Source: a virus
Lineage: Duplodnaviria; Caudoviricetes
Direction: 5' to 3' (one strand)
IMG/VR virus record: IMGVR_UViG_3300036940_000563
Location: 1-48,791 of that record
DNA: 48,791 bases
Every line of letters starts with the position of its first letter. The stretch's first letter is position 1. The position numbers and the translations under genes are program-made. Below are positions 9,667 through 19,926 of this stretch, one piece after another. Below the pieces are notes generated by a model. It did not search any database and was not told the origin of the DNA. It saw nothing but the letters and a program-made list of their open reading frames with translations.

Positions 9667-10527
9667 TTATGATACCGTTACTGTAGCTACATTAGTTGTT
9701 ACGTCACTGGCTCCAGATAAACTAAGAACACAGTAGTAATAATAACTTCCTACAGTTAAGTCTATTGGAATATCAAAACTTGCAGATATTTCACCAGTAA
9801 TTACTGTTCCGCCAGATGCACTATCTATTGTATTCTCATACCACTGATAAGTAATAGGATCGCTGGTGTTTGACTCAGCAACTACAGAAAGACTTCCTGT
9901 AATGCTCCCGTATGTAACTTCTGTTAAAGTTTCAGGTTGAGTAGTAATAGTTATAGCCGGTGTTATTGGTGTGAAGTCCGGTTCATAAACATTACCAAAC
10001 CATCCGGTAATTATTGAAGCTGCTACACCGTTATCCCCTTCAGTAACCTCTGCCTTCCAAGGGTGCTTGTTTTCTCCATCTATTTTATTTCTTCTAAATA
10101 CCATTCCCTCTATGGTGGGACTGCTGAATGTAATAGAGTCTCCCTTGGTGGCAAGGCTAGTTGATGGAACATTGAATATAACCCTGTAAAGCCAAAAGTA
10201 GCGATACTTTCCATTAGCTTTCTTTGCACGAAACCCTATGGCTACAGGATTACCTCCATCCTCACTTCTTGATACGATTACGTTATTGCTGTCTATCTTA
10301 CATCCTGTCAAATCCTGTGCTACCAGTGAACCTATATCATCTATTCCCAAGGTCAATGATCCACTCTTAAATTCCTTAACTACCTCTGATGCTCCATCAT
10401 CTGCATAGAGAATCGCTTCAATAAGTTCAATGCTAAGTTCTGCAGTCATAGCCTTTGCTAAAACCTTAGGTGCAGCGTAGGTTTCATTTCCACTTGAATC
10501 TTCTGTTATAGTTGCATAGTATAGACT
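9667..10527 (-). CDS. Major tail protein (phi13 family) exon 2, with C-terminal Ig-like domain
   Basis: In frame from the intron 3' junction: SLYYATITEDSSGNETYAAPKVLAKAMTAELS...; C-terminal TTQP...YQWY...YYYCV; spliced product 293 aa. Confidence 0.92.
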   Translation of the reverse strand, partial: SLYYATITEDSSGNETYAAPKVLAKAMTAELSIELIEAILYADDGASEVVKEFKSGSLTLGIDDIGSLVAQDLTGCKIDSNNVIVSRSEDGGNPVAIGFRAKKANGKYRYFWLYRVIFNVPSTSLATKGDSITFSSPTIEGMVFRRNKIDGENKHPWKAEVTEGDNGVAASIITGWFGNVYEPDFTPITPAITITTQPETLTEVTYGSITGSLSVVAESNTSDPITYQWYENTIDSASGGTVITGEISASFDIPIDLTVGSYYYYCVLSLSGASDVTTNVATVTVS

Positions 10528-13001
10528 GTAGAGTAGGAAAGAACCGCCTTACCGTCTTTCGATGGCAGGTTTGTCCAGTCCTCTCTCCGAACCGCGCTTA
10601 CCCCTCTCGAAGTACACGGCTCTCCATTGTTCTTCAATTTTAGAAAACTCATCATTTTGGGTGGTGAATATTTTGGTGGCACTGATGGCAAACAACAAGC
10701 GTTTTTCTTTTCTTTGAAATCATAGCACGTTCCCAAAGCTCCTTACCTTTAAGGTCTTTTACTTTGTGAATATGGTGAATTTCATATTTCCCTGCGCCTG
10801 TTTTACCGCACAATTCACATATATCCGCATTTAACCGTTTATCAAAAGTGTTTCTGTTATAACCAATTGTAACTGCTGCTTTTGTTACGGTATCAGTTGC
10901 ATTTGCACCCTTGCAATTGGTGTATTTTGCGAAATACATAAGTTTCTTACCTGCTTTTGTTTCATAAGGAATAGCCCACGAACCTTTACCGTCCTTAAAC
11001 TTTTCCTTAATCTTCGTAATGCGGGTTTTGTGCTTTGTTGCCAGCGTTTTCAGACAACTATATTCCATTAAATAGTTAAAGTAATTTAAGTCGCTAAAAT
11101 TACTTGCTAAGGAATAATAGTTGCATATACCACGTAGTTCGGCATTAAAAATGGTGATGATTTCCAAATCGGTGGAGTTCCTGAGTGGCACTCTGCTAAT
11201 CGGAAACATCTCATCGCATTTCTTTTGCCTAACAATGCCTTTTGAAAACAGAAACTTGCTGATTTTATCCTTGGGTATGAGCAATTCCACTTTGTTGTTA
11301 AGCGTTCTTTGTGTGGGTCGCCCTTTTCCATGGGGTTTAATCGAACTATTCCTGCGGATACTAACATCATAGCCGAGAAAACGCGCTTTTTCTGAACTGT
11401 GTGTAATAAGAGTTTTTTCATCGCTGAGTTCCATTTTCAGCGTTCCGCTGATAAACTCAGCCAGTTTTCTCTTGATTTCCACACAATCCTCACGGTTTCC
11501 CTTAACGGCGATTAGAAAATCGTCAGCATAACGAATATATTTGATTTTCTTGTCGTCCTGCGGAGTATATGGGGTTCTCATCATTTCTGCTCTCACTTGT
11601 TTATATTGTTTGAGCAAGTCCTGCTTTTCTTCCCCGTCCGCACAATCAATCAGCTTTTTCAGTTTGACCCTCTGTGTGAACAAACGATTATACTCCTTTG
11701 TCCTTACAGTTTCATTGGGCTTGTCAAATTCTGATTTCAGCGTCATCACAAACTTATCCAGTTCGTGCAAGTAGATATTGGCGAGTAATGGCGAAATAAT
11801 TCCGCCCTGCGGCGTACCGCTATAAGTGTTGTTATACTGCCAGTTTTCCACAAAGCCCGCTTTTAAGAATCTGTAAATCAGCTTAATCAGCCTTGCGTCT
11901 TTGATTTTCTGGTTGATAAACCCTACCAATACGGCGTGGTCAATATTATCGAAACAACCTTTAATATCTCCCTCAACAAACCACTTAGCCCCTGTAAACT
12001 CCTTTTTGAGAGTTGAGAGAGCCGTGTGGCAACTTCTTTTCAGGCGAAAACCATGAGAGCAATTTAGAAATACTGGTTCATACACTGCTTCCATGACCAT
12101 TCTTAAAACTTCTTGGACGAGTTTGTCCGTGAAAGTTGGTATCCCGAGTGGTCGCATTTTGCCGTTTGCTTTTTTGATATAGGTTCGCCTTGCGGGCTTC
12201 GGCTTATAGGTTCCATCAGCAAGGGAAGCGATAATTTTATCTATCTTTTCCTTGCTGAACCCGTCTGCGGTGTCGTTATCAACGCCATTTGTTGCCGCTC
12301 CGCTGTTAGCATACAAATTCTTGTACGCCTCATACCAAATATCTTGACGCAAGAGGTAGCGATAAAGCCTTGTAAAGACTTCTTCACTGTTTTTCGATGA
12401 ATTTTCCTTAATGCTTGCTAAAATTTCCATTGTTGGTTTCATTTTGAGGTTTTCCTCCCTAATCAATTTTCATTTTAGTACAGAACAACTGCGTCCCTTC
12501 GCCTTTATGACGGCGTTACCGCCCCTGACTACTACGAACGCTCCGTAACCTTGCGGAATATTCAAACCCTTAGAGGTCATAGCCTTACGGCGTTTCCGTT
12601 TAGGTTATCCCCAGTTAGCATGATGTGTTGGAAATTGTGGATTCTCGGTTTTGCTTTCGTTTCGTTAAAACAGGTTCTCCTGCTCGTTGCGCAAATTATT
12701 GATAACAATAAGAGTCAAGATACTCCTCTTATTTGTCTTTGCGCCATAGGTTTCAGGCACTTTCCTATGTCCAATCGGAACGGATACTTGAAACTCACAT
12801 TCGGTAAATATAACCTAAACCTTATATCCACTTTACCTTGCAGTTCAGTCGTGTTATATTGCCTTAAACAACTTACTGCTTTCCTGCCATGCTCTGTTCC
12901 CGTGTCAGCTTTCGCTTTTCGGTTAGGCAGGTGGTTTACCGCGTTATCTTACGGTGTAGTTCCCACACTACAAAACAACATCATGCCCTATCTGGGCGCA
13001 C
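10528..13001 (-). mobile_element. Group IIA intron, Ll.LtrB-like (2474 nt)
   Basis: 5' GTGCGCCCAGATAGGG; domain V GAGAGCCGTGTACTTCGAGAGGGGTAAGCGCGGTTCGG (~10588-10624); domain VI with bulged A, 3' end ...CCTACTCTAC; removal restores the tail ORF. Confidence 0.97.
10652..12442 (-). CDS. ltrA: Group II intron RT/maturase with HNH endonuclease domain
   Basis: MKPTMEIL start, RPLGIP, GTPQGG, YADD, C-terminal CELC...HH...CHQCH; resembles LtrA; GGGAGG RBS. Confidence 0.95.
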   Translation of the reverse strand: MKPTMEILASIKENSSKNSEEVFTRLYRYLLRQDIWYEAYKNLYANSGAATNGVDNDTADGFSKEKIDKIIASLADGTYKPKPARRTYIKKANGKMRPLGIPTFTDKLVQEVLRMVMEAVYEPVFLNCSHGFRLKRSCHTALSTLKKEFTGAKWFVEGDIKGCFDNIDHAVLVGFINQKIKDARLIKLIYRFLKAGFVENWQYNNTYSGTPQGGIISPLLANIYLHELDKFVMTLKSEFDKPNETVRTKEYNRLFTQRVKLKKLIDCADGEEKQDLLKQYKQVRAEMMRTPYTPQDDKKIKYIRYADDFLIAVKGNREDCVEIKRKLAEFISGTLKMELSDEKTLITHSSEKARFLGYDVSIRRNSSIKPHGKGRPTQRTLNNKVELLIPKDKISKFLFSKGIVRQKKCDEMFPISRVPLRNSTDLEIITIFNAELRGICNYYSLASNFSDLNYFNYLMEYSCLKTLATKHKTRITKIKEKFKDGKGSWAIPYETKAGKKLMYFAKYTNCKGANATDTVTKAAVTIGYNRNTFDKRLNADICELCGKTGAGKYEIHHIHKVKDLKGKELWERAMISKKRKTLVVCHQCHQNIHHPK

Positions 13002-13022
13002 ATCCAGTCCGATTGTTGCCAT
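13002..13022 (-). CDS. Major tail protein exon 1 (MATIGLD)
   Basis: ATG GCA ACA ATC GGA CTG GAT after an AAGGGAG RBS, directly abutting the intron GTGCG. Confidence 0.93.
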
Positions 13023-13041
13023 ATTTCATTTCTCCCTTCGA

Positions 13042-13389
13042 TTAAATACTCAAATCATAAACTTTCGCCGCATCAACAGCGAAGTGGTGAAAACCGGTAT
13101 CCTCTTCATACCCTATATACCTTCTATCAGTAATGGTAAAGTCTGAACTTAGCAGTATCGATACCACTTCATTTTTTCTTGTTTGATAATTGCCTTTTGA
13201 AAATAAGGAGAGACGAACTTCCTGCAGTTCTGCTCTAGGCAGATCATCAGCATAATGTTCGAAGATATCACTCATAGGAATCAATACTATATACTCATCC
13301 GGTGGTTTATTGCTAAAGACACCGGTTTCTATAGGAATTCCCAAAGGTTCAAGGACCTCACTTATATCTTTCAAAATACTTTGATGCAT
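13042..13389 (-). CDS. Tail terminator / completion protein
   Basis: Position before the major tail gene; YEEDTGFHH motif. Confidence 0.75.
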   Translation of the reverse strand: MHQSILKDISEVLEPLGIPIETGVFSNKPPDEYIVLIPMSDIFEHYADDLPRAELQEVRLSLFSKGNYQTRKNEVVSILLSSDFTITDRRYIGYEEDTGFHHFAVDAAKVYDLSI

Positions 13390-13409
13390 TCCATTAGCCC
13401 TCCTTCTTT

Positions 13410-13841
13410 TTAGATTTTATTTATCTCTTCATCCAGCTTCCTTTTCATTGTTTCAATACAGGCTTTTCTACTGGCTGTTTTTGCCGGTTTTAAAAAAGGC
13501 TTAGCCGGTTGTCCGGATTTGCCGTACTCTATGATGTTGGCTAGTTTTGCATTAGATTCTCCATCTTTTCTGGGCTCGTCAAAACCTACCTTTACGTTAT
13601 AATTACCCTTATTGTCAACTCCTGCTGGTGATACACCTAAGGCATCTGCCAGCTCTCCAGTGGATCTAGAAGGTTCCTTCGTATCTTTCCCTATAACCGA
13701 CTGAAGGTTTGATTTAACTTTGGCTTTCACCACTTCTCCGCCTTCTTTTAATACCTTGGGAATAATTTCATCAGTTTTGCCAGCTAAAGTTGAAACTTTT
13801 AAAAGAAAGTCTTCCGGCATTTTGTAGCTTGATCTGACCAT
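13410..13841 (-). CDS. HK97 gp10-family neck protein
   Basis: STGELADAL, EYGKSGQPAKPFLKPA. Confidence 0.85.
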   Translation of the reverse strand: MVRSSYKMPEDFLLKVSTLAGKTDEIIPKVLKEGGEVVKAKVKSNLQSVIGKDTKEPSRSTGELADALGVSPAGVDNKGNYNVKVGFDEPRKDGESNAKLANIIEYGKSGQPAKPFLKPAKTASRKACIETMKRKLDEEINKI

Positions 13842-13852
13842 GAAATCACCTC

Positions 13853-14182
13853 CTAGTCCTTGGCAGCTTCAATCTTTTCTGCTGCTATTTCTATATATAT
13901 TCCTCTGATGATTTCCACACTAATTATCTTGTATTCTACAGCGCCGCATCTTACAAGCATACCCGGTTCAATGGAAATCCCAGGAATCTTTCTCAGTTGA
14001 AATGTGGCATTGGCTTTGGTATAGGCAGCCATATTAGCCCACTTTCTAGAACCGTGCTGTTCTTCTTTATATGCCCTAACACTGGCGATCACCTCTTCTC
14101 CCTTGGAAGAAAATCCTTCATCGTCTTTTGCCGATACCGTGTCTATTATGTCTATTATGGTGTTCATCTTCCCAAAGCTCAT
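13853..14182 (-). CDS. Head closure / head-tail adaptor
   Basis: MSFGKMNT...DDEGF; position. Confidence 0.8.
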   Translation of the reverse strand: MSFGKMNTIIDIIDTVSAKDDEGFSSKGEEVIASVRAYKEEQHGSRKWANMAAYTKANATFQLRKIPGISIEPGMLVRCGAVEYKIISVEIIRGIYIEIAAEKIEAAKD

Positions 14183-14300
14183 CGCCGTCACCTGCCTTTA
14201 ACAGTTTCTCATCATATCCACTGTTCCTGTTTCTTCTTCTGCCTTTTCGGTAGCATCTTTTCTGATGTTTTCTTCTATTCTTTATCCACAGTCTTTTCAT
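14118..14300 (-). CDS. Possible Arg/Lys-rich small protein (60 aa)
   Basis: ATG overlaps the connector stop (TGATG); MKRLWIKNRRKHQKRCYRKGRRRNR; 3' part overlaps head closure out of frame. Confidence 0.4.
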   Translation of the reverse strand: MKRLWIKNRRKHQKRCYRKGRRRNRNSGYDEKLLKAGDGDELWEDEHHNRHNRHGIGKRR

Positions 14301-14608
14301 CAAACCTGCCACTCCTTTCCCATTCGAAGAAGCAAATGAACCGTCTTCCACACCTGTTCCGAAGCTCTGACATCGTCGTTGAAAAACCCTCCTGTTGATC
14401 CGTCTCTACTTTCATAAAAGTGAGAAGCAAGCATGACAACTCCCTGTTCTGTGGTCGGTGACATGGTGTTTAACTGATAGTAGTCCTTCCCAAGGTGCTG
14501 AAAACCTTCCGCGTAGCTTACAGCGGCGGCAATATATCCTTCAACAAGAGCATCATCTTCCAAGTGGTCAAGGATTAGATTTGCTTTTACCTTATCAATA
14601 AGTGCCAT
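14300..14608 (-). CDS. Head-tail connector (gp6-like)
   Basis: KVKANLILDH.EDDAL, SHFYESRD. Confidence 0.88.
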   Translation of the reverse strand: MALIDKVKANLILDHLEDDALVEGYIAAAVSYAEGFQHLGKDYYQLNTMSPTTEQGVVMLASHFYESRDGSTGGFFNDDVRASEQVWKTVHLLLRMGKEWQV

Positions 14609-14614
14609 TGTTTA

Positions 14615-14839
14615 TCACACGCTTTCCATCAATCCGGCAGCTTTTAGTTTGATGAGCAAAGAATTAAAATCCGTAACTAGAGCCGCTACATCTACTGCAG
14701 TGCTTTCTACTTGAACTGCAGCAGGTTTTAATTCTGTTCCATTAAAGGTTATTTTGCCTTCAGCTGCTACTTCAAGTTCACCGCCGATTACAGTTTTATC
14801 GCCGCCCTGTTGGGTATAGTTTTTAGTATTGTATCCCAT
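14615..14839 (-). CDS. Head fibre / decoration protein
   Basis: After capsid; DFNSLLIKLKAAGLM motif. Confidence 0.65.
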   Translation of the reverse strand: MGYNTKNYTQQGGDKTVIGGELEVAAEGKITFNGTELKPAAVQVESTAVDVAALVTDFNSLLIKLKAAGLMESV

Positions 14840-14902
14840 AGTTTTTCCTCCTTATAAAAATTAAAGAAAGGCATCCTGTTGACTACCTCCCTGTAGATTT
14901 TA

Positions 14903-16096
14903 CTAAGCTTTCTGTTGAAGAACCTTTATTGCTTCTGTAAGAATCAGTTTTCCGTCAAGTCTTTGAGATGCCAAGAATCCTACCTGACCGTTGGCTGCAT
15001 AAAGTTCGTTCAAGCGTTTAAAGGTTCTACCCTGACGATCTGCAATCCAGTAGTATTTAAAGTCTCCAAAGACAATGGATTTCTCTCCGGCAGCAGCTGT
15101 CGGCATGTACTGTGAAGTTACTACCGGTCTATTTAAAATAGTGTCAGGCGTTCCCGAAGTAAGAGAAGGCTGCCACAGATACTGTCCCTGACCGTCTTTA
15201 AGTTTTCTAAGCTTTTTAATGGTATCGTCGTTCACAAGAAAAGATGCATTTTTCCTGTAAGAGGACTTAAGGCTGTGGTAAAGATCAAGTACCTCATCAA
15301 TTAATATAGCAGTAGTTCCCGCAGCAGTAACTCCTAATCCGGCTCCACCGGTGGCATTCAATAGTCCTGTCGGCTTTGCTGTACCGTTTCCTGTAAGAAA
15401 GGCCTCCTCTTCAGCAGCACCAATTCTTCTAGCAAACTCTGCTGCTATATATGCTTCTAAATCAAAGTAGCTGTCGTTTAGAAGCTCATCAGAAACTTTA
15501 AGCATAGTCCCCAGCTTATATGCAGATAAGGTTACCTGAGTGAATGCATCATCACTTTCAGTAAAAGCTGCTTCTTCATCCATCCATGCCGCTGATCCTT
15601 GACTTGCTACTACAGGAATTTTTCTGTCTCCGTAGCTGGTAGTAATAACGTTGCACATATTTCTTAGGACGTTGGCTTCTTGAAGAGCCTTTATAAGTTG
15701 ATGTTCATACTCATCCGGCACTAAAAATCCGCCTTCTGAATCTGTGCCAATCTGCAGTGCGTTTTGTACCGATGGATTCATCTTGTTTCTCATAGCACCC
15801 CAGAAAGCATTTTTATATGAATCAGATGCTCTTCCAGTTTTTTCTTCAGTCATCTTCTCAGGTCTTGAAGCAAGAGGTTTGCTTATGGCTGCTGAAAATT
15901 CTCTGTCCATAGCCTCCTGTCTCTCAAGGCGCTCAATTTCATTGCCTAGGTTAACCACTTCATCTTCCATCTTTTCGTATACTGCATTGTCTTCTGGTTT
16001 GATCAGACCGTTCTCCTGACGATGTTCATCTAGGAATATCTTAGCCTGCTCCCAAACCTTAGCCCGTTGTTCTCTTAGTTCTTGAATTTTACTCAT
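14903..16096 (-). CDS. Major capsid protein, HK97 fold
   Basis: Coiled-coil delta domain, GGFLVP, FGDFKYY. Confidence 0.95.
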   Translation of the reverse strand: MSKIQELREQRAKVWEQAKIFLDEHRQENGLIKPEDNAVYEKMEDEVVNLGNEIERLERQEAMDREFSAAISKPLASRPEKMTEEKTGRASDSYKNAFWGAMRNKMNPSVQNALQIGTDSEGGFLVPDEYEHQLIKALQEANVLRNMCNVITTSYGDRKIPVVASQGSAAWMDEEAAFTESDDAFTQVTLSAYKLGTMLKVSDELLNDSYFDLEAYIAAEFARRIGAAEEEAFLTGNGTAKPTGLLNATGGAGLGVTAAGTTAILIDEVLDLYHSLKSSYRKNASFLVNDDTIKKLRKLKDGQGQYLWQPSLTSGTPDTILNRPVVTSQYMPTAAAGEKSIVFGDFKYYWIADRQGRTFKRLNELYAANGQVGFLASQRLDGKLILTEAIKVLQQKA

Positions 16097-16101
16097 ATTC
16101 A

Positions 16102-16917
16102 TTACCTCCAATTTTTAATCAGCTCCAGCCTTCTTTCAAGCTGGGCGATAGGGATTAGTTTTGTTTCTTCTGGTGTTTCTTCCTTTGATTCTTTAACCTG
16201 TGGTTCAGATGCCATACTCTTTTCCGGATCCTTTGTTTCATCTTCATTTGCCTTTAGATACTTCATCCTGGCCTGGATTCCGGGGAGTTTGTTTCTCAGT
16301 GCATTGGTTACAGTCATCTGGTCAAAAATAAAGCCTTCAGCCATTTCATCTGCCGGTTCTGATTCGTATAAAATTTTGTCGGCAAAATTAAGTTCAATAG
16401 CCTTGTGGGCACTCATCCAAGTTTCAGCATCCATCATGTGTGAGATTTTCGCTCTGGATTGTCCCGTCTTTGTTTGATAAGCATTGATGATACTTTCTTT
16501 TACTTCGCTTAAGAGATTAATTCCCACCTGAAGATCCGCCACCTCTCCGGCAATTAGCATGGCTGGATTATGAATCATAATTACTGATAAAGGAGAAACA
16601 CATACCTCATCTCCCGCCATTGCAATTACAGAAGCCGCACTAGCTGCAAGACCGTCAATATGAACACTGATATTTCCTGGATACTCTTTAAGCATGTTGT
16701 AAATCTGTGCTGCGGCAAAGGTGTCTCCTCCCGGCGAGTGTATCTTTACAACTATGTCCTCATTTTCAGGACCACTGTCATAAAGCTCTGTCTTAAACTG
16801 TTTAGGGGTGATATCGTCATCAAACCAAGATGACTCTGCAATATATCCTTCAAGGTGCAGGGTTCTTACAGTTGACTCTTCAGCTTCATTCACCACCCAG
16901 CGCCAAAATTTATCCAT
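16102..16917 (-). CDS. ClpP-type prohead protease
   Basis: IHSPGGD, GLAASAASVI, MIHNP, ETWMSA. Confidence 0.93.
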   Translation of the reverse strand: MDKFWRWVVNEAEESTVRTLHLEGYIAESSWFDDDITPKQFKTELYDSGPENEDIVVKIHSPGGDTFAAAQIYNMLKEYPGNISVHIDGLAASAASVIAMAGDEVCVSPLSVIMIHNPAMLIAGEVADLQVGINLLSEVKESIINAYQTKTGQSRAKISHMMDAETWMSAHKAIELNFADKILYESEPADEMAEGFIFDQMTVTNALRNKLPGIQARMKYLKANEDETKDPEKSMASEPQVKESKEETPEETKLIPIAQLERRLELIKNWR

Positions 16918-16941
16918 TAAATCTACCTCCTTTTTTGGCAT

Positions 16942-16972
16942 AAAAAAAGCACTTCCCTTTTTGAGAAATGCT
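16942..16972 (-). terminator. Intrinsic terminator between portal and protease
   Basis: AGCATTTCTC-AAAAA-GGGAAGTGCT followed by a T run. Confidence 0.65.
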
Positions 16973-17016
16973 GTTGTTACTTAGTATTAAATTTTTAAAA
17001 TATTCCAATTATACAT

Positions 17017-18255
17017 TTATTCTTCAGGCTTCTCACCACCTTCACCCATTGCCTTCTTTGCATAAGCCCCGGCCATCTTAAGAGGTAGCATGTTTCCGTT
17101 GATAAGATATAGATCTCCACCATCTTTTTCAGAAATAGGATCCATATTCTCCATCCTTCTTACATCATTGACTGAAAAGAATCCGTTCTGAATACCGATG
17201 GAGTAACCATCCATTCTTGATTTGTAGTCTCCCCGCATTAGTGCTGATGCATTAAAGGACACAAAGCACTGACCTTTTTCTTTTTCAAGAAAGAGCCTTT
17301 TGTTCATAGCTTGTTCTAATCTTACCAGCCATGGTCTTATAGTATGAACCACAAAACTTATGGATTGATTCTCTATGTTGCTGAATGAACTCTTGCTGAG
17401 ATCCGCCACCATATGAGGAGGAACTTGAAAGATTCTACAGATCTCTTCAATCTGAAACTTCCTTGTTTCTAAAAACTGAGCATCGGAGTTTGGCATGCTT
17501 ATGGGCTGATACTGCAGGCCGTCTTCAAGGACTGCAACTCTATTGCTGTTGCTGCTTCCTCCATAAGCTGTCTGCCAAGCATCTCTTACCTTAGTAGGAT
17601 CTTTAATAGTACCAGCAGTTGATAAAATACCACTTGGTGTTGCGTTGTTGGCGAAGAACCTTCCTCCGTATTCTTCAGCTGCAATATTTAGTCCTATTGC
17701 ATTTTTCGCAAGAGCCACCGGTGAATATCCCATCACCCCGTCAAACCCCAGTCCCGGAATATGAAGAATATCTTCAGGACCTAAATAGTGGGTTGCTCTA
17801 TCTTTATTGTAGGCATAGTATAGATTGCCATTCTTGTCTCTATCCACCGTCATCCTATCCGGAAGCAGTGGATATAGATGCATAACTTCTCCTTTTCCGT
17901 TTCGAATGATCTGGCAGTAGGAATTACCCCAAAGGAGAATATGAGTCATCATAGTTTCCCTTAAGGTAAAGGAAGTCATCTCCGGATTAGGCTCATCGTG
18001 GAGCAACTTATATAGAGGATGAGCATACATCTTTTCCTTTCCGTCACCTTTGTACTGATAAGTATGAAGAGGTAAAGATGCTACCGTCTCTGCTATGATT
18101 CTCACACAGGCAAATACGGCAGTAGTTTGCATGGAACTTCTTTCGTTTACAATTTTCCCTGATATGCTTTGTCCCATGTAAAAGACAGGAGCGCTGCTGA
18201 CACTATCTGTCGGTTCTGCCCTTGCCTTGAAAAGCCATTTAAATAAATTTGCCAT
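17017..18255 (-). CDS. Portal protein, HK97 family
   Basis: VFACVRIIAETVASLP, DAQFLETRKF, NDVRRMENM. Confidence 0.95.
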   Translation of the reverse strand: MANLFKWLFKARAEPTDSVSSAPVFYMGQSISGKIVNERSSMQTTAVFACVRIIAETVASLPLHTYQYKGDGKEKMYAHPLYKLLHDEPNPEMTSFTLRETMMTHILLWGNSYCQIIRNGKGEVMHLYPLLPDRMTVDRDKNGNLYYAYNKDRATHYLGPEDILHIPGLGFDGVMGYSPVALAKNAIGLNIAAEEYGGRFFANNATPSGILSTAGTIKDPTKVRDAWQTAYGGSSNSNRVAVLEDGLQYQPISMPNSDAQFLETRKFQIEEICRIFQVPPHMVADLSKSSFSNIENQSISFVVHTIRPWLVRLEQAMNKRLFLEKEKGQCFVSFNASALMRGDYKSRMDGYSIGIQNGFFSVNDVRRMENMDPISEKDGGDLYLINGNMLPLKMAGAYAKKAMGEGGEKPEE

Positions 18256-18380
18256 AAGTTTATACCTCCAAAATTTGCATAATAAAAGCACACATTTTCA
18301 TGAGTGCTCTAATCTTATTATTTAATTTCTTACCTGCTTATTATTTTTTCTAAATCCAAAATTCTCAGTTGCTTTTTAAA

Positions 18381-19898
18381 CTAAATCTTACTTTCTAATT
18401 TTTCTTTTCTTTTAATAAACTCGCTATTGTCTACTCCAGCATTATTGTAATAAACTATAGCTTTTTCACATACGGAGATTGCTTTTTCATAATCTTTATT
18501 CTTTTCATGAATTATTGCTAGTCTTTTAAATGCTGGTATGGTTACTGGATATCCTTTGTAAATATTTTCTTTTTCTTCTTTTATTTCCTTCTTAGAAAGA
18601 TACTTTGAAGATTGTTTTAGTCTTTTTAACTCTGTATCCATATATGCTTGTTGAAAATCATTTAGTGTTTTAAGATCATCTTCGCAGTATTTGATGCATT
18701 CATCTACATACTTATCATCTATTTTTCTATATTTATAATAAAATTTTTGCAGCTCTATATAGGTATAATGTCTACTAAAAGGATCATTGAAATTCTTTTT
18801 AAGATCCTTTAAAAGTCTTTTTTCTTCTTTTTCGTCAAAAACTAAAACTTCTTTTTTAGTTGCTTTTTTATTTTTCTTAACTTCTGGAGCTTTTCCTTTC
18901 TTCCTAAGCTCTACTAGTTTTTCTTTTACTGTTTCATGAGTTTTTATTAAAATATCATTGAATGTTTTCTTAAGCTTAAATGATTCAGAAATTAAAGGTG
19001 TTTTAATTTTTTTATCTGAAATTGATATATTTGCAAACATTGGTATATTTTCATTTCTAAGTTTCTTGAATTCTTTTTCGCTCAGTAAATCACTTATTTT
19101 AATGCTATTATCACCAAATTCATCAGAAAGTATTTCATTCATAGTCTCATCAAACAAATTTGGATACTTTTTAATATAATTATTATTAGTAAATTCAAAA
19201 GTTTTTGCAAGTCTTGTTATATCCTTTGAATAAATAGGAATATCAAAGCTATAAGCACTTAACAAGAATAAGTTGTCAGAGAAATTCAATTCATAATCTT
19301 TATCAAGAGATTTAATAAATTTCAACATCATATCTGGTCTCTGGTGATATAAGCAAGATAAAACTAATGCATTACCAGAATATGACTGAAAAGATGAATT
19401 TTCATGAACATCTCGCAACTTTAATATTACTTCAAATGCTTCTACAAATTTATCAGTTAATAAAAATCTTTCTAATCCATAATATAGTAAGAATACATAT
19501 CCAATCTCAAAATGTTTATTGTAAGGATTTGATAAGAATTTTAAGTATGCTCCTCTTTGCTCAGGATCGATTCCTTCATAAGATGGATAATATGGTAGTT
19601 TTTTAACCTTACTACTACTATTTAATTCCGATATGGTTAAATTAGTATCTATAAGACTAGGCTCAATGTCTGTACTCATAGAAAATTCAATGGTAAATTC
19701 ATATCCTCCGGCATTAAATTTTTCACTGTTAATATTTTTTTTACTTTCAAAGTTTTTTCTTGGTCCGTTTTTAAACCAAAGCAAATTTTTAATATCCTCG
19801 TGTATAGAGTATTTAACTATATCTAAACTGTTTGAAGTTGATACTAATTCTTTTACTTTTGATTTACCTTTCTTTTTCAATAAGTCAAATAATCCCAT
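18381..19898 (-). CDS. TerB N-terminal-domain protein with TPR-like C-terminus (moron)
   Basis: YYPSYEGIDPEQRGAYLKFL...IGYVFLLYYGLER matches the TerB_N pattern; AT-rich; inserted between terL and portal. Confidence 0.7.
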   Translation of the reverse strand: MGLFDLLKKKGKSKVKELVSTSNSLDIVKYSIHEDIKNLLWFKNGPRKNFESKKNINSEKFNAGGYEFTIEFSMSTDIEPSLIDTNLTISELNSSSKVKKLPYYPSYEGIDPEQRGAYLKFLSNPYNKHFEIGYVFLLYYGLERFLLTDKFVEAFEVILKLRDVHENSSFQSYSGNALVLSCLYHQRPDMMLKFIKSLDKDYELNFSDNLFLLSAYSFDIPIYSKDITRLAKTFEFTNNNYIKKYPNLFDETMNEILSDEFGDNSIKISDLLSEKEFKKLRNENIPMFANISISDKKIKTPLISESFKLKKTFNDILIKTHETVKEKLVELRKKGKAPEVKKNKKATKKEVLVFDEKEEKRLLKDLKKNFNDPFSRHYTYIELQKFYYKYRKIDDKYVDECIKYCEDDLKTLNDFQQAYMDTELKRLKQSSKYLSKKEIKEEKENIYKGYPVTIPAFKRLAIIHEKNKDYEKAISVCEKAIVYYNNAGVDNSEFIKRKEKLESKI

Positions 19899-19926
19899 CT
19901 AATCCACCTTCCTTACTTTTGCCACT

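Noticed and set aside
10506-10736. 76-aa minus-strand ORF
   Set aside because: Runs through intron domains V and VI; incidental
10652-12466. RT as part of a DGR, retron or Abi system
   Set aside because: Flanked by a full group II ribozyme and has maturase and HNH domains; no TR/VR pair seen
12551-13146. Plus-strand ORFs of 164 and 85 aa
   Set aside because: Antisense to intron domains I-III; no protein motifs
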